From positions 19,964,001 through 20,028,000 of the forward strand of contig CM060733.1 of the NCBI GenBank assembly GCA_030704615.1: DNA of 64,000 nucleotides. The letters run 5' to 3'. Below, piece after piece: positions 37,211 to 50,159 of this stretch. The stretch is from Takakia lepidozioides (taxonomy: Eukaryota; Plantae; Bryophyta). Below the pieces are notes generated by a model. That model had not been told where the DNA came from. It did no database searches and saw only the letters and a program-made list of their open reading frames with translations. The translations under genes and the position numbers were made by a program. Numbering within the stretch: the stretch's first letter is position 1; every line of letters begins with the position of its first letter.

Positions 37211-40200
37211 TGTGAAGCCGGAAGGGCGAGAAACAGTCATGGACTTTGATGATTCTATGCCAGTAATCCAATTGAGAATTGGAAGCACAGAACTAATTGA
37301 TGTACTGATAGATGGAGGCTCTGGAGTAAATATCATGACAGACCAATTAAGAAAGAAGCTTGGTCTAAGTAACATGAAACCAGCCCCATTTACAGTAACA
37401 ATGGCAGATCAAAGGACTGTACAGCCATTGGGATTAATAAGAGGAGTTAAGATACAGATACAGAAGATGATCTTTATGATCACAGTAACTGTGTTGAAGA
37501 TGGATGAAGTCATGGAGGCTTACTCCTTATTATTGGGACGTCCGTGGCTGAAACAGGCCAGGGTATTCCATGACTGGAATTCTCAGTTACTAACCGTGCA
37601 TAATGGGATGCATGAGATACAAATTACCACAAAGAAATCTAGTAGATTACCTGCTACAAGAAGACCTCGAGGGATCAGAGAGTATGACTGGAGAGGAGGA
37701 CTGGATGAGGAGTAGGAAGCTACCATGTTTGCTGCACACCCAGAGTGGGAGCAGGTTGCAGAGATGCGGCTGGAAGGCCTAAGTTGTTTAAGAGGTATCT
37801 GCTGTGGTGTAGTGTCACCAACACCAATTGAAGAGGAAACCAGCAGTTACCCATCACATTTCTATGAAGAAAGAGAAGGAGAAATGGAAATCCTAGAGGA
37901 ACCAGCCACTGTGAGTTTATAGGATGAAGTGGTGACTGGTTGGACAATCACAGCTGATGAGCAGGTGAGGGAAGTGAATGTGGGAACTAAAGAGGAACCG
38001 AGGATGGTGAAGGTAGGAGCTGATTTGGAGCCAGAATTCTTTGAAGAAGCTAAGAGTTTGTTCATCAAATACAGAGATGTATTTGCTTGGAGCTATGAGG
38101 ATCTAAAAGGGATATCACCTGAAATCTGTCAGCATAAGATTGAACTGGAACCAGGGTCAGTACCAATCAAGCAGGCAAGGTACAGAATGAATCCCAACTA
38201 TGCACAGAAGGTTGGAGAAGAGATCAAGAAGTTGGCTGAGGCTAAGTTTATATACCCAATAGAGTATACAACTTGGTTGTCACCCATTGTGATAGTTCCC
38301 AAGAAGAATGGTAAACTAAGAGTTTGTGTGAACTACAAGAAGCTGAATGCTTGTATGAAGAAAGATCCTTTCCCTTTGCTATTCACAGAAGCAGTATTAG
38401 ACACTGTGGCAGGCCATGAGATGTACTAATTCATGGATGGCTTCAGTGGTTATAATCAAGTGCAAGTGGCAGAAGAAGACCAAGGAAAGACAGCTTTCAT
38501 CACAGACTGGGGTGCTTATGCATACAAAGTCATGCCCTTTGGACTTTGTAATGCACCAGCAACCTTTTAGAGAGTGATAAGTGAATCTTTTCATGAGTAT
38601 CTGGATGATTTCATGCAGGTGTTCTTGGATGATTTTAGTGGTACAGCTCTAAGAATGAGCACTTGCATAAATTGGAGTTATGTCTGGCCAAATGTAGGAT
38701 GAGAGGTTTGGGCCTGAATCCAGAGAAGTGTACTTTTGTCTGTGAAACTCAGGGGGCTTCTGGACACTTGTGTGTAAGAGGGGACTTCTTGCGGATCCCA
38801 GGAAAACAGAGGCCATTAAAGCCTCTCCACCACCAGTGAATGTAAAGAGTCTAAGGAGATTCCTTGGACAAACCAGCTATTACAGAAGATTTGTCAGATG
38901 GTATGCACAAATAGCAGCACCATTGAGCAAACTTCTGAAGAAAGATGCAGTGTTTGCATGGACACCTGAATGTCAACAGGCTTTTGAGGAACTTACATTG
39001 TCAGAGTAACAACTACACCTGTGCTGATTAATCCTCACTGGCAGGAAATATTTCATGTTCACTGTGATGCTTCTGGAGAAGCACTAAGAGCAGTGTTAGC
39101 CCAAAATGTTACAGGAAGGATAGATTCACCTGTGTACTATGCTAGCCGATTGATGAACAATGCCGAAAGAAATTATAGCACAACGGAAAAAGAAGCATTG
39201 GCAATGATCTATGCAGTGAAGAAATTCACCTGTTGGGCAAGAAGTTTATGTTCTATGTGGATCACCAGGCTCTGATATACCTGGTAAACAAACCTCTGAT
39301 AAGCGGAGGAATAGCAAGATGGTTGATAATCTTGCACGAGTTTGAGTTCGAGGTTGTTTACAAGCCTGAGAGGCTGCATCTTGTGGCGGATCACTTGTCA
39401 CGGTTATCAATAGGAGAAACCAGCCACGGGAGTAGATGATCAATTACCAGATGCGAGTCTATTTGCAGTGGAGGTGCAGGGAAGTGCAGATGACTGGTTA
39501 GATTGGCAGTGGCCAATCAGATACTACCTTGCTCATGGTCAGTGCCCACCAAGTTATGGAAAGGAGCAGAGAAAGAGAATTGCTATCAAGGCTCTACATT
39601 ACACTATGGTAGGGAGCAGAATGTATAAGCTAGGACCAGATGGAGTGTTGAAGCGATGCTTATACCACCATGAAGTTAATAAAGTTTTGGAGGAAGTTCA
39701 TAAAGGAGTGGCAGGAGGTCATTTTGGAGAAGAGACTACCAGCAGGAAGATACTACATGCAGGTTACTGGTGGCCTACTTTGTTCAAAGATGTACACAAG
39801 TATTGTCAGAGTTGTGATGAATGTCAGAGGCTAGGACCTTTGTAGAGATCTGGGAAGATGGCTTTGCATCCTACAATGCCTACGGAACCATTTCAGAAAT
39901 GGGGACTAGACTTTGTTGGACCAATTAACCCACCAGCCAAGAATACACAGAACAGGTACATAATTACAGCCACTGATTATACTACGAAGTGGGTGGAAGC
40001 TAAAGCTTGAGGGACAACACAGCCAAGTCCACAGCAAGGTTCCTGTATGAGAACATACTTACACGATTTGGCTGTCCCTTGGAATTTATCAGGGAAGTCA
40101 CTTCATTAATGAGACCATTGAATTATTGACTAAAGAGTTCATGATTGTGCATAGGAAGAGTACAACATATTACCCACAGGGTAATGGACAGGCAGAGGCT

Positions 40201-40760
40201 ACCAACGAAATACCATGTACTATCTTGGCTAAGATAGTCAATGCAAACAGAACGGATTGGGATACAAAGCTGCTGACAGCTTTGTGGTCATACAGGACTT
40301 CATATAAAGTCACCACTAAGTATACACCATTCCAATTAGTTTATGGTATGGAAGCTTTACTTCCAGTGGAATTCCTGTTACCTACCATGAGAACGGAATG
40401 GGGAAAGAGAATGGAATTGCAAGATTCAATTAAGGTCAGGAAACATGAATTATACCATGTGGAAGAAGTACGTGCTGATGTAGCTGATAACATGACCAGA
40501 ATTCAGATGAAAAGAAATGAACAGTTTGATGAAGGCAAGATAAAGACTTTTAAGACGGGAGATTTGGTTCTCTGGTTGTAGAAGAAGGGAAAGATTAAAG
40601 CTTCTAAGCTTAAATCACCATGGAAAGGACCTTATGTCATACAGAAGATGTATGATAACAACACCGCCATGTTACAAACCATTAACAAAGAGATGTTGAG
40701 AAGAGTCAATGCCAATAAGTTGAAGGGGTACAGTGGTATCCATGACAAACCATTGCAGCA
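37197..40760 (+). pseudogene. Gypsy pol (PR-RT-RH-IN), many stops and frameshifts
   Basis: VLIDGGSGVN, LLLGRPWL; WLSPIVIVPKKNGKLRVCV; VFLDD; HCDAS, NYSTTEKE; integrase H..GGH...[27 protein letters not shown]. Confidence 0.92.
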
Positions 40761-40859
40761 TGATTTGCATATTGAAACGCAAAAGCAGTCACGGGTTGCG
40801 CCAGTGTATGGAGCACTTGTCGCTAGGCCGAGCATATATGACCAGGTCGGGCAGAACAA

Positions 40860-41372
40860 GCGCGACACAGCCTATCACAGCCCATCAAGGCACGACACAG
40901 CTTATCACAGCCCATCACGGTGCAACACAGCCTATCATAGCCCAGCACGGCGCCACACAGACTATCACAGCCCATCACGGTGCAACACAGCCTATCACAG
41001 CCCATCAAGGCGCGACACAACCTATCACAGCCCATCAAGGCGCGACACATCCTATCACAGCCCATCAAGGCGCGACACAGCCTATCACAGCCCATCAAGG
41101 CGCGACACAGCCTATCACAGCCCATCAAGGCGCGACACGGCCTATCACAGCCCAGAACGGCGCAACACAGCCTATCACAGCCCAGCACGGCGCGACACAG
41201 CATATCACAGCCCAGCACGGCGCAACACAGCCTATCACTACCTACCACAGCGTGTCACAACCTATCACAGCTTACCACAGTGCAACACAGCCTATCATAG
41301 CGTACCACAGTATGACACAGCCTATCACAGCGTACCATAGTATGGCACAGCCTGTCACAGCTCAACACAGCC
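40860..41372 (+). repeat. 30-bp minisatellite (~17 units; CGCGACACAGCCTATCACAGCCCATCAAGG)
   Basis: Visible tandem array. Reads (DTAYHSPSRR)n in the integrase frame and is related to the LTR CACAGC repeats. Confidence 0.92.
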
Positions 41373-41586
41373 TACTAGGGTTACACAATCCATAGAATCA
41401 GTGACAGGTGGACGCAGGATAACTTCAGGGAAATGGCCGGCGGAAGAAATGACGGAAGCCAGTTTAGAAATGGACACGTGGAAGTCAGGGCGCGACACAT
41501 AGCTGAGAAGGAAGTGCAAGAACAGGTGTCATCAAGAAAGAGGACAAGAATGGCCATCAAAGTACCTACTTAGCACGTCAATTCGG

Positions 41587-44500
41587 ATGAATGGCGGGCC
41601 CATTAATGAATACGGAAAAGGGGCAACAGAACAAACGGCAAGTACAGAAAAGCGAAATTCTTGTCACATGTGTTATCCTAGTGGACAGTCCAGCAGGGAA
41701 AGTCCACTAAAGAAAATTAAATCTAAAATCCAGTCACAGAGGTTACAGCCAATCGAAAGCCAGAAAATGGATCAAGAAATTGGAGAGAATTTAAGCGCAA
41801 GAGTCGGCGTCGTTCTAAGTAACGGGCGTCTCGACGGGACAAACCATCAATGCTATAGCTTTGAAGCTATGGAGGAACTAACAGACTATACGCTCGCAAT
41901 ATTACTTACGCAGTGGCATAGGCACGGAAGAACAGAGCGGATCTTTTCTCTTAATCGATGCTTGCAAGCCCCGCAGGCTTACAAGAAATTACCCATAGCT
42001 TTTTGTGGCAATCATACGTTTATGCTTTGTGCCCTGCAGGCATTTCTTCAATTGTTACAGCCAAAACCTTTCTGTGGGTCTAGAATGAAGATAGTAAGAG
42101 GAATGGAAGAAATCAGGGTGAAGAGCACCACAATCCTGCAGAAACAAACGATTGCTACTCCGCAGGCGGTAAAGTTACTGAAGGAGCTGCGATTGGAAGG
42201 ATTGCAAAGCAAAGATTGGACATTGCACCATAGACAGTACATGTTACAATTCTTGCAGAACTTTGAGCCTAGGACAGGAGCAACAACGGTGAAGGGAGTT
42301 GAATTAGAAATTACTCCCCTATACCTACAACAATTGTTTCGATTGCCAGCAGGTCATGTGCATGTGAAGGAGCACAGGGCAAGACTGCAAATAGGGGACT
42401 TATTCCAAGAAGGGAGTTTCTTTAAAACTCAGGGTTATGCTTGTACCAAGGCCGTGTACCCAGGGCTAAGGGAGGTAGGCCAGGTATTGAACGTTCTGTT
42501 TGCCATGAAACAGAACCAACAGTATTTGAGCAGATCCATCACAGAGGAAATACTCAAAGCCCTGAGAGGAGAAGAGGTTGCTCAAATAATTCTTGATTCT
42601 GGCATACTTGATGCTCGAGAAAGAAAGGAGATGGGAGTGTTTGAGACTGAAACCACTGCAATGGAAGAGCAAGGCTCTTCACACAGTGAGGGTGGACTGG
42701 CAGGGCAACCCCAGACTAAGAGACAGAGGCGGGGAAAGACTGTAGTGGCGGATCCACTGGCTTCACGGAATCCGCATGATAATGTTTCCCAAGCTCTTGT
42801 GCAGGAAGGGGCACAGCAGCACAGAGAACTGCTATTATTGGAAGCGGGACCTTCAGAGAGGGGAGAGGAAGTTACTTCAGTATCACAGCCATCACAGCCA
42901 GATGATTGGCTTGTCACAGAGTTACCACAAGTTGTCCATGCAGTTCCACCAGAAATAATTGATTTGGAGAAAGAAGGGTTAGATATTCCCACTACAGAAC
43001 AGGTGGTGGCAGAAATTGAGAAGGGGGACCTTCTCTATGAATATTCTGGTCTGGTCAAGGACACAGTGATTCCGGAGGTGCAACAGTTGTACAGGGGAAA
43101 CCCTGCGGTGCATATAATACACACACCTGTGACGGAGGTACCACAGGTAGAATATCAAGACACTGCAGCACCTGTGACGGATGAAGTGGTTCAGGAAGAA
43201 AATTTGGTGGGGCAATGGCCTGAATGGTTCGTGAGGCATCACACTGTTGAGGATCAGGGAGAACAGCAGCAAGCTCACCATGATGACCCTCAACAGGCCA
43301 TGCTTATGAGTTCCATAAGCAGGACACTTAATTTGTTGAGCACTTATGTCAAATCCCATGTTCCAACTTCCCAATTGGCAGCTTTGAGGGAGGAACTCAG
43401 GAAGGAGTTTGAGGCTCGACTTGCCACTGAGTGTGCAAACAAGGTCGATGAAGAGGTCACTCTCAAGATGCATCAAAACTTAGAGAGTACAGAAGCGGCT
43501 TTGCAATTGGCCAAGGAACAATTGATTGAGGCAGGCCTCGCGCAAGACCAGTTGCATGAAGCACATAAGCAACAGCTACACCAAATGCAGGTGAAGCATG
43601 AAAGCAAGTTGCAAGAAGTGAATGCACTACATACGGAGTTGCAGACAGTGCATGACAGGATGGCCATACAATGTGCTACACTCACAACTATGTTTGACCA
43701 AGCTACAATAGAAATAAACAGTCAAGCGGAAAGATGTACGAAGGCAGAGGCAGAAAATGTTGAGCAAGTGAAACTCATTGTCGATATGAAGAATACAATC
43801 TGTCGCAATGAGAGTACTTTCAAGCAATACAGGCAGGTTGAAGCTGACCAAGAGAGGTACATCCTTGAGTTGCAACAAACACTCATGTCCAATAGAAATG
43901 AACTCTCTGTGGCTAACAAGGCTTGGAAGGAAGCCAATAATCTGGCTGCTGCCTATGCGAGTTTGGTTGAACCTCATGCAAAGCACATGGAGGCGTTAAA
44001 GCAGCAGATAGATATGTACAGGCTCACAGAGAAGCAGACTCTCAGGGGTGCCACAAGCAACTTGGTGGATAACCACCTTATGCAGGTCTGGTTAGCACAA
44101 GGGCCAGTGGAGGGCAAAGCACCACGAAAGCTCACCCAAAGCGAGATGAATGAGCTCAGACTGCAAGTGCAGAACATTGCCACAACTACTATAGACAATG
44201 TCTATAGTAGAATAGCGGAGTTACAGGAGGATGTAGACGGTCTGCAGACTCAAGTGGAGGACCTCACTTCAAATATCGACAAGAGAGTCTGTGTACCTGA
44301 GGAACAGCTAATGGCTTCTTATTTACAAGCGAGAACTTTGGCTTTTCAGTCTTCTTCACAGGGGGTGCAGGAGATGCCAATGGTACAAGAGCCAGTGCCA
44401 CCAACACCACAACAAGTCACTGTGCCAGTAGCTGACCCGGTTGTTACTACAGCCACACCACAGCCACCACAGCCTGAGGTATGGGGGAATGCTGCTTTTA

Positions 44501-45537
44501 ACCCACCTAAAACTCCAGCTGCACGGGAGTACAATAGGGCTATGATTATGCCCTTCAACCAAATTCCCATTGTGTTGGATTTGGCTTGGAAATAATTTAG
44601 TCCTCCGCAGTCATTGGCACATTACTATCAAATCATGCGCATTTGGCTGCCAGTGGCCACTAGGACTAAAGTTCTTCCGAACAATCGACCAATTGAGGAT
44701 CATCACTTTGCACAGTACTGGCATGAGGCAAGTACCATGTTGAAGGAATTAATTGCCTTCCAAGTTGTACATGGATTCATTTATACCAAGACCAAGGAGG
44801 TAGCAAGTATTGTCATGGGCTGCGGGTTATACTACGCTGCTTGTTTTCTGGTACGTTATCACATTGAGCAGCAGAAGATGCAAACGCGCTTTCTGAGTTA
44901 TTCGAGTGGGGATCATTGGGTCTTACCTTCAGTGCCACCTCATATGTACCTATATGAGGCAAAAGTTATGATACAAAATGATTCTCAGATTCGTTCATGG
45001 TTTCATGCGGCCTGGAACAATTTGTCAACTTAGAAATTCGGGCCTGACGATCTTAAGGGACATGAGGCATGGAAATATTTGCACAATTCACAAGTCATTG
45101 GTACACCACTCACCTGGACAGACAAGGAGCTCAGGATCTTCACCAATTTTGCAATTCAGCGCTTACAACAAGTTTTACAATTTAAACTTCCAGACATGGT
45201 GGGACAACATTGTATGCCCCAGAGAATTCTAGTTAAAGTTCGACAGTTAAAACACCTCAAGGGGGACGAGGATTCTGATACAACTGTTTCTTCAGCGGAC
45301 TCTTTTGACATGGGAGAAGACTATGCAATTCAGATGGCAGAGAAGAAGCGACGGGGGTCTCCTATGCCTGAAAGATTACCTCGATATCAGCCTCCAGAGG
45401 GCCTCACATATCCAGGTAGTATTCAATCATCTCCGTCAACCAGTGACAGACCTCGGGCTCGCACACGGAGTCCTTCACGAGACTCTCAACGTCACAAGGG
45501 TGCTTGCTCACAAAGGTTTACAAATCCCAAACAGTAA
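41587..45537 (+). CDS. Large extra 3' ORF of the gypsy element (coiled-coil rich, ~1300 codons with two in-frame stops)
   Basis: ORFs 41587-44595, 44614-45033 and 45079-45537 share a frame and are separated only by TAA (44593) and TAG (45031). Long Q/E/L heptad-rich region. Confidence 0.7.
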
Positions 45538-45575
45538 ACCGTGAGGACACGACTTTTTAAGAGGGGGAGGGGTAA

Positions 45576-46602
45576 TGTTAGAGGACTGTCTGGGACTTAG
45601 ACACTTTTACGGGATCTGTGGGGTACCCTTAAATTTTTACACATACTGAGACCAACAGGAGCCTTAGGGGTGACAGCAGCGCACTTTAGGGGGGGTTACA
45701 CAGCCCGTCACAATCCGACACAACCCGTCACAGCCAACACAGCTCGTCACAGTCCGACACAGCCCGTCACAGCCAACACAGCTCGTCACAGTCCCACACA
45801 GCCCGTCACAGTCCCACACAGCCAGACACCGCCGTCACAGCCAGTCACAGCCGACACAGCCCAACACAGTCGCACAGCCAGTCACAGCCAGTCACAGCCG
45901 GTCACAGTTTCACACAGCCAGTCACAGCTTGCCACAGTTGTCACGACCATAGGGAACGGATAGCAGGACAGGGAACGACTGTGGGGAACAATATCTGTGA
46001 ATGGAACATGTTAGTTCACGGATGACGGTTAGTGAGGGAAACAGTTAGAACAACGGGTAGGAAGATAAAGCCAAGAGCGAGGACTGGAAAAGGATCAATT
46101 CTGGGGGAGCACTTCTTGGGGGGACTTCGGACATCACTGGGGGAAATGAGGCAGAGAGCGCATCTCTGAGCAGAAAGAGGGAGAGCACGGAGTAGGAGGA
46201 GGATGATCTGTTGATGCTTAATGACTGCAAGCAGTAGAGTTGTAATGTAGAGTAGATTAGAGACTCCATGGCTTCAGCCTGATACTTGATAGATATTAAT
46301 CTGATACATACTTCATACTCACACTGTGTAGAGAGATCTGAGTGAAGCTGTGGAATGAATGGATGAGTTGATGGAATCCGATAGATTGCTGAAGCAAACT
46401 GATACTTAATTACCAACAGTAAGGTAACTAGCTAACATGAATGCGGGAAGGAAAACAAATAGGAAACACCCCCATGATACACTAGCTGTAGGTCACGATT
46501 GATTGTTCTGAGCGGGCTGAGTGCTTAGAGATTTCCAACTCTTCTATCTTGGAGTTTCCGCCTCAAATAGCGAAGGGATGGGTGAGTAAAAGCCGTGCGA
46601 CA
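45576..46602 (+). repeat. 3' LTR of gypsy element
   Basis: TG...CA, preceded by the PPT and followed by TSD GCCTT. Confidence 0.93.
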
Positions 46603-49600
46603 GCCTTGTCTGTAAGGGAGAAACAAACCCGTGAATGTAGGAGCTGCAGTGCGTTCTTTCCCTCTGGATATTAATGATGTACATTTTTCATGATTGCTGG
46701 TCCTGATCGCCGCGCATTTCACACGCAATCCAGCACTTGTGCGTTCTATATGCCAAACCTCGTCCAAGCCCATGGACTCGATTATATGCGGCACCACGTT
46801 CTGGTCTTCAACCATTGCAGTGACAATGCTTGATGCAGGGGTCCGGTCTGGGCCAGAGTAGCCCTCACTTGTGGATGTTCCGCAATTCCATCTCTGATCC
46901 AAGTGAACACGTGGTGTCGAGAAGTTCACCCTGTCCACCCTATGGGAATCTGCATCCGATCCGGGAGGGGTGTCCAATTTCCGTTTGCAAGACCCGAATC
47001 TCTCTTCGCCTTCCAGATGGGGAACTCTTCCCACGAGAGGGGTGCCATCTGCACATATGCTCACTGCACGGGCTATTTTGCTGGGATCCCCTGATCTTCC
47101 AGCTGCCCGCAACATCAACTCGCTCCTGTCCGGGCCTTTGCCACCAAGGCTTCCCCTCAAGAATGACTTGTATCTGGTTTGCTGCTGCAGAGCACGAATA
47201 AGGTCATCGGCCGTCGCCGCATACAAATCTCTTCCTTTTTTGCCGGATTGCTGCAACCACGCATTGTGCACTGTCTCCGCTAGATTGCAAGAAGGCATGT
47301 CCGCCATCTCCTCAATGGACATATGCTGCAAGGCAAAAAACACAAAGCCGATATTAGGATTGGACCCTGAAAGATATATCCGAAGCACCCAAATGAAGGT
47401 GAATGCAAACCACTCACCGTTGTCATGGCCGCTCCCCACTGTCGGTAACGGAAGTGCCAAAATGCGAACCAGTCTTCCAGTGCCCTCATGTTGTCCTTCG
47501 ATGCCGCTCCAGATGAGTACCACCAAGCACGAATTGTCTGGAACAATGTATTCGCTTCCCCCATAGTTTTGGCGTCTTTGTACTGTTTGCACAGTTGACG
47601 ATGCATACTTTGCATATCTGGCTTGATGTATGTCTTTGTGTGTTTGTCCAGGGATTGTGTCCAATGGAAAAGACACGTACGTTCTCTTCCAGGCATTGGC
47701 ACTTTTGGATCTCCCGTCCCGAACACAATGCGGATAGCGTTGAAGTTAGCTTGAGCACTATCGGCCATAAAACCAACAAAATTGGGAGATGGGAGACCAT
47801 TGGAGGCCATAACACGAATGAGAGCTTCCCACATGAGCTGCTGTGAATCTGTGTCCTCTGACTGCATGTCACACACTGCAATTGTCATGACCCGCTGATA
47901 CACAGGGTCGTAAACATGACATGCCATTGTGGTCCAATCTTTAACCCTCTTGACGTGATCAAACATAAGGAAGCAGTTGCCAAGATTGCCACCCTTCTGC
48001 ATACGTTTAACTAGGCTGACCCCGCTGCCCTCACCTTTTGTGGACATTTTGAACAAGAACACTTTCCTGGCTCCTTGTCCCGGGAAAACGCTATCTTGGA
48101 TGTAGTCGTACATGCTCCTTTTCTTCAAATCCATAATATTGTCCATATAACCTCGGCTCCCAGAGCCCATTCTTAAAGCGTTCACCTGATTCCTAATGTT
48201 TGGAGAAGTCAAAGTTGAGAAATGGTCCATAACAATGTCCAAAGCTGGTCCCTCCAGTATTCCTCCAACCGAATTTGATGCACACAGAATACGGCTTTCC
48301 AGAAAGGACTTGCTCACCCCCATGGCAATTGCAGATGTGGTTCCAGTTGGATTGGTATCCAACTCTTGCCTTATCAGACGCGAGACTGTGTCAACGCTCT
48401 CCCTATAATCCCCCTTGGACACGGGGTGGTTGTGAAAACCAAAATGGACACAGGCTCTAGTCAGGGTTTTGAATCGATGCACCACATAATACATTCTGGC
48501 GCCACACAAAGCAAGGCAACAAGGTGGTACCCTACAGAACTTGCACACAAAAGTGTTACTATATGGTGGTGTCACCCCAGGCTTGAATGGATTCTCACTG
48601 ACACCATCCCATTCGCTATGGTTTTGCACACCTGACAATGCGAAGTGTCTGCATTTCATGTTCTCGCATTTCAGGTGCCCATTACAGACTATTCGCCTGA
48701 ATATGAGGTTGTCGTTGTTGTGAATATTGGAGGTTTTTGTGCGGCACCAATGGTGCCCATCGTGCTTTTTGTCCATTCCTTCCAGGAGACTGGAAATTCC
48801 CCCCACGCGACCAGGAGGAGGCAGCTCGAAAACAGTATTACCATCAAAAGATTCCGGCAAGAATGCCACCCTCTGAATATTGAAAGTGCTCCAGTCTATC
48901 CCCCTCAACTCACTCTTGAACCCTGCCATCCCACCCATGGCTTTCAGTTTAGGAATGACACTGGTGATCTCCTCCACATCTGCTTCTTCATGTGGACATG
49001 GCTGATCCATGGGCGGTAGTGCACATGTGTCATCGGAGGATGAGTCCGAAAGCTCAACTACAGTGTTAACAGTACTCGTCTCCTTCTTGACAACCACGGG
49101 TGTTTTCTCCTGGGCCACTGATGTTGCCGTGCCAGGAGTTACGAACGATCCTGTAGACTGTCTCAGAGGAGCACTAAGCACCCTGTATCTGCCTAGAGGC
49201 ACTCTCCATTGTGTGGTTGGTGCAGTATGCGAAGGTTTCTGGAACGCGTACTTGAGCAGTTTTCCATTGGCATCGTACACTTCCCTCTGAAGGAATAGAG
49301 TTCCATTTTCCAACCGAAACTGCGTTGCGAGGACGAGTTCATGCACCACCGCAAAACCATCATCTTCCACCTCGTAAGAAAATGGCACAGGGTGGTCCTC
49401 ACTGAAGAAGTCCGCGTCAAGGGAGCCCATGGCTTGGGAGGCCATCTGCCAATGTTGCTTCTGAACGCAGAGTTCACCGTCCGATGGTGCTTCTGAATGC
49501 AGAGTGTATTAGAGCGAAGTTTTTGGCTACATAGAAGACGTCATTACACACAATTGCAGGTATCGGTCCTGCTTGCAGATCTCCTAACGCGGGTTGGCAC

Positions 49601-50159
49601 ATCAAAGAAATGTGTCCCCGTGCGAACCAAGCGGATGGTGACAGAGTGCCCAACTGCGGAGTGCATAATGTCAGCCCTAATGAAAGAATCCAACTGTTAT
49701 TTTGCAGGTGCCCCAACAGTGCATTGGTTGAGAGGTTGACTGACAGAGCCGCCATTTGGCTGTCATGTCAGAGAGTCCAGAAGAGATGCCCATTTCCATT
49801 CAATTTTAACGGCACCTGCATTGCTGTACAACTGTACATACTTGACATTCCTCTGAAACATCCCAAAAGATATTACCCAATAATGAACTTTTTCGGATGA
49901 GAGGAGTTTATACCCGAACGAATTTTGGATGGAAGAGGAACTAATGATTTCCGCAGATATTCATAACGGTTAGATGGGCACGTGTTCGCCATGCATGTGG
50001 AATGAGCATGTGGCGAACAGGTTGTTCCGAGCGATCATTTTGGCGTTGAAGGCCTTGCGGTGACCCTCCCCTAGCCCTCTTTTTCCTTCTTTTCCTTATT
50101 GTCCTTGCAACCCTGGATTCTGCAGAGACGGTGACCCCACTCCGAGGGAGAAGCAAGCG

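Larger units (their letters stand above)
33276..46602 (+). mobile_element. Full-length Ty3/gypsy (non-chromovirus-like) LTR retrotransposon, ~13.3 kb
   Basis: LTRs at 33276-34334 and 45576-46602. 5-bp TSD GCCTT (33271-33275; 46603-46607). PBS TGGCGACCGTACTGGGA at 34337 (tRNA-Arg-like). PPT AAGAGGGGGAGGGG just before the 3' LTR. Confidence 0.96.
32612..49445 (-). pseudogene. MULE-family DDE transposase with GCM/WRKY-like N-terminal zinc domain and C-terminal SWIM finger, interrupted by the gypsy element
   Basis: Exon 49445-47418: DGHHW, C/H-rich region ending HFGFHNHP, FMFDHVKR-like D (CFLMFDHVKR), FMADSAQA (D), TCLFHW (CxxH). Intron 47417-47326. Exon from 47325: PSCNLAETVHNAW (E). Removing 33276-46602 joins PYRQG to EAKNHKFWFC. 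SWIM 'CTCPDF...CKH' in ORF 32612-33232. Confidence 0.85.

Noticed and set aside
40733-41395. Alternative-frame ORFs (TQPITAHQGA)n and antisense (MGCDRLCRAL)n
   Set aside because: By-products of a stop-free 30-bp minisatellite.
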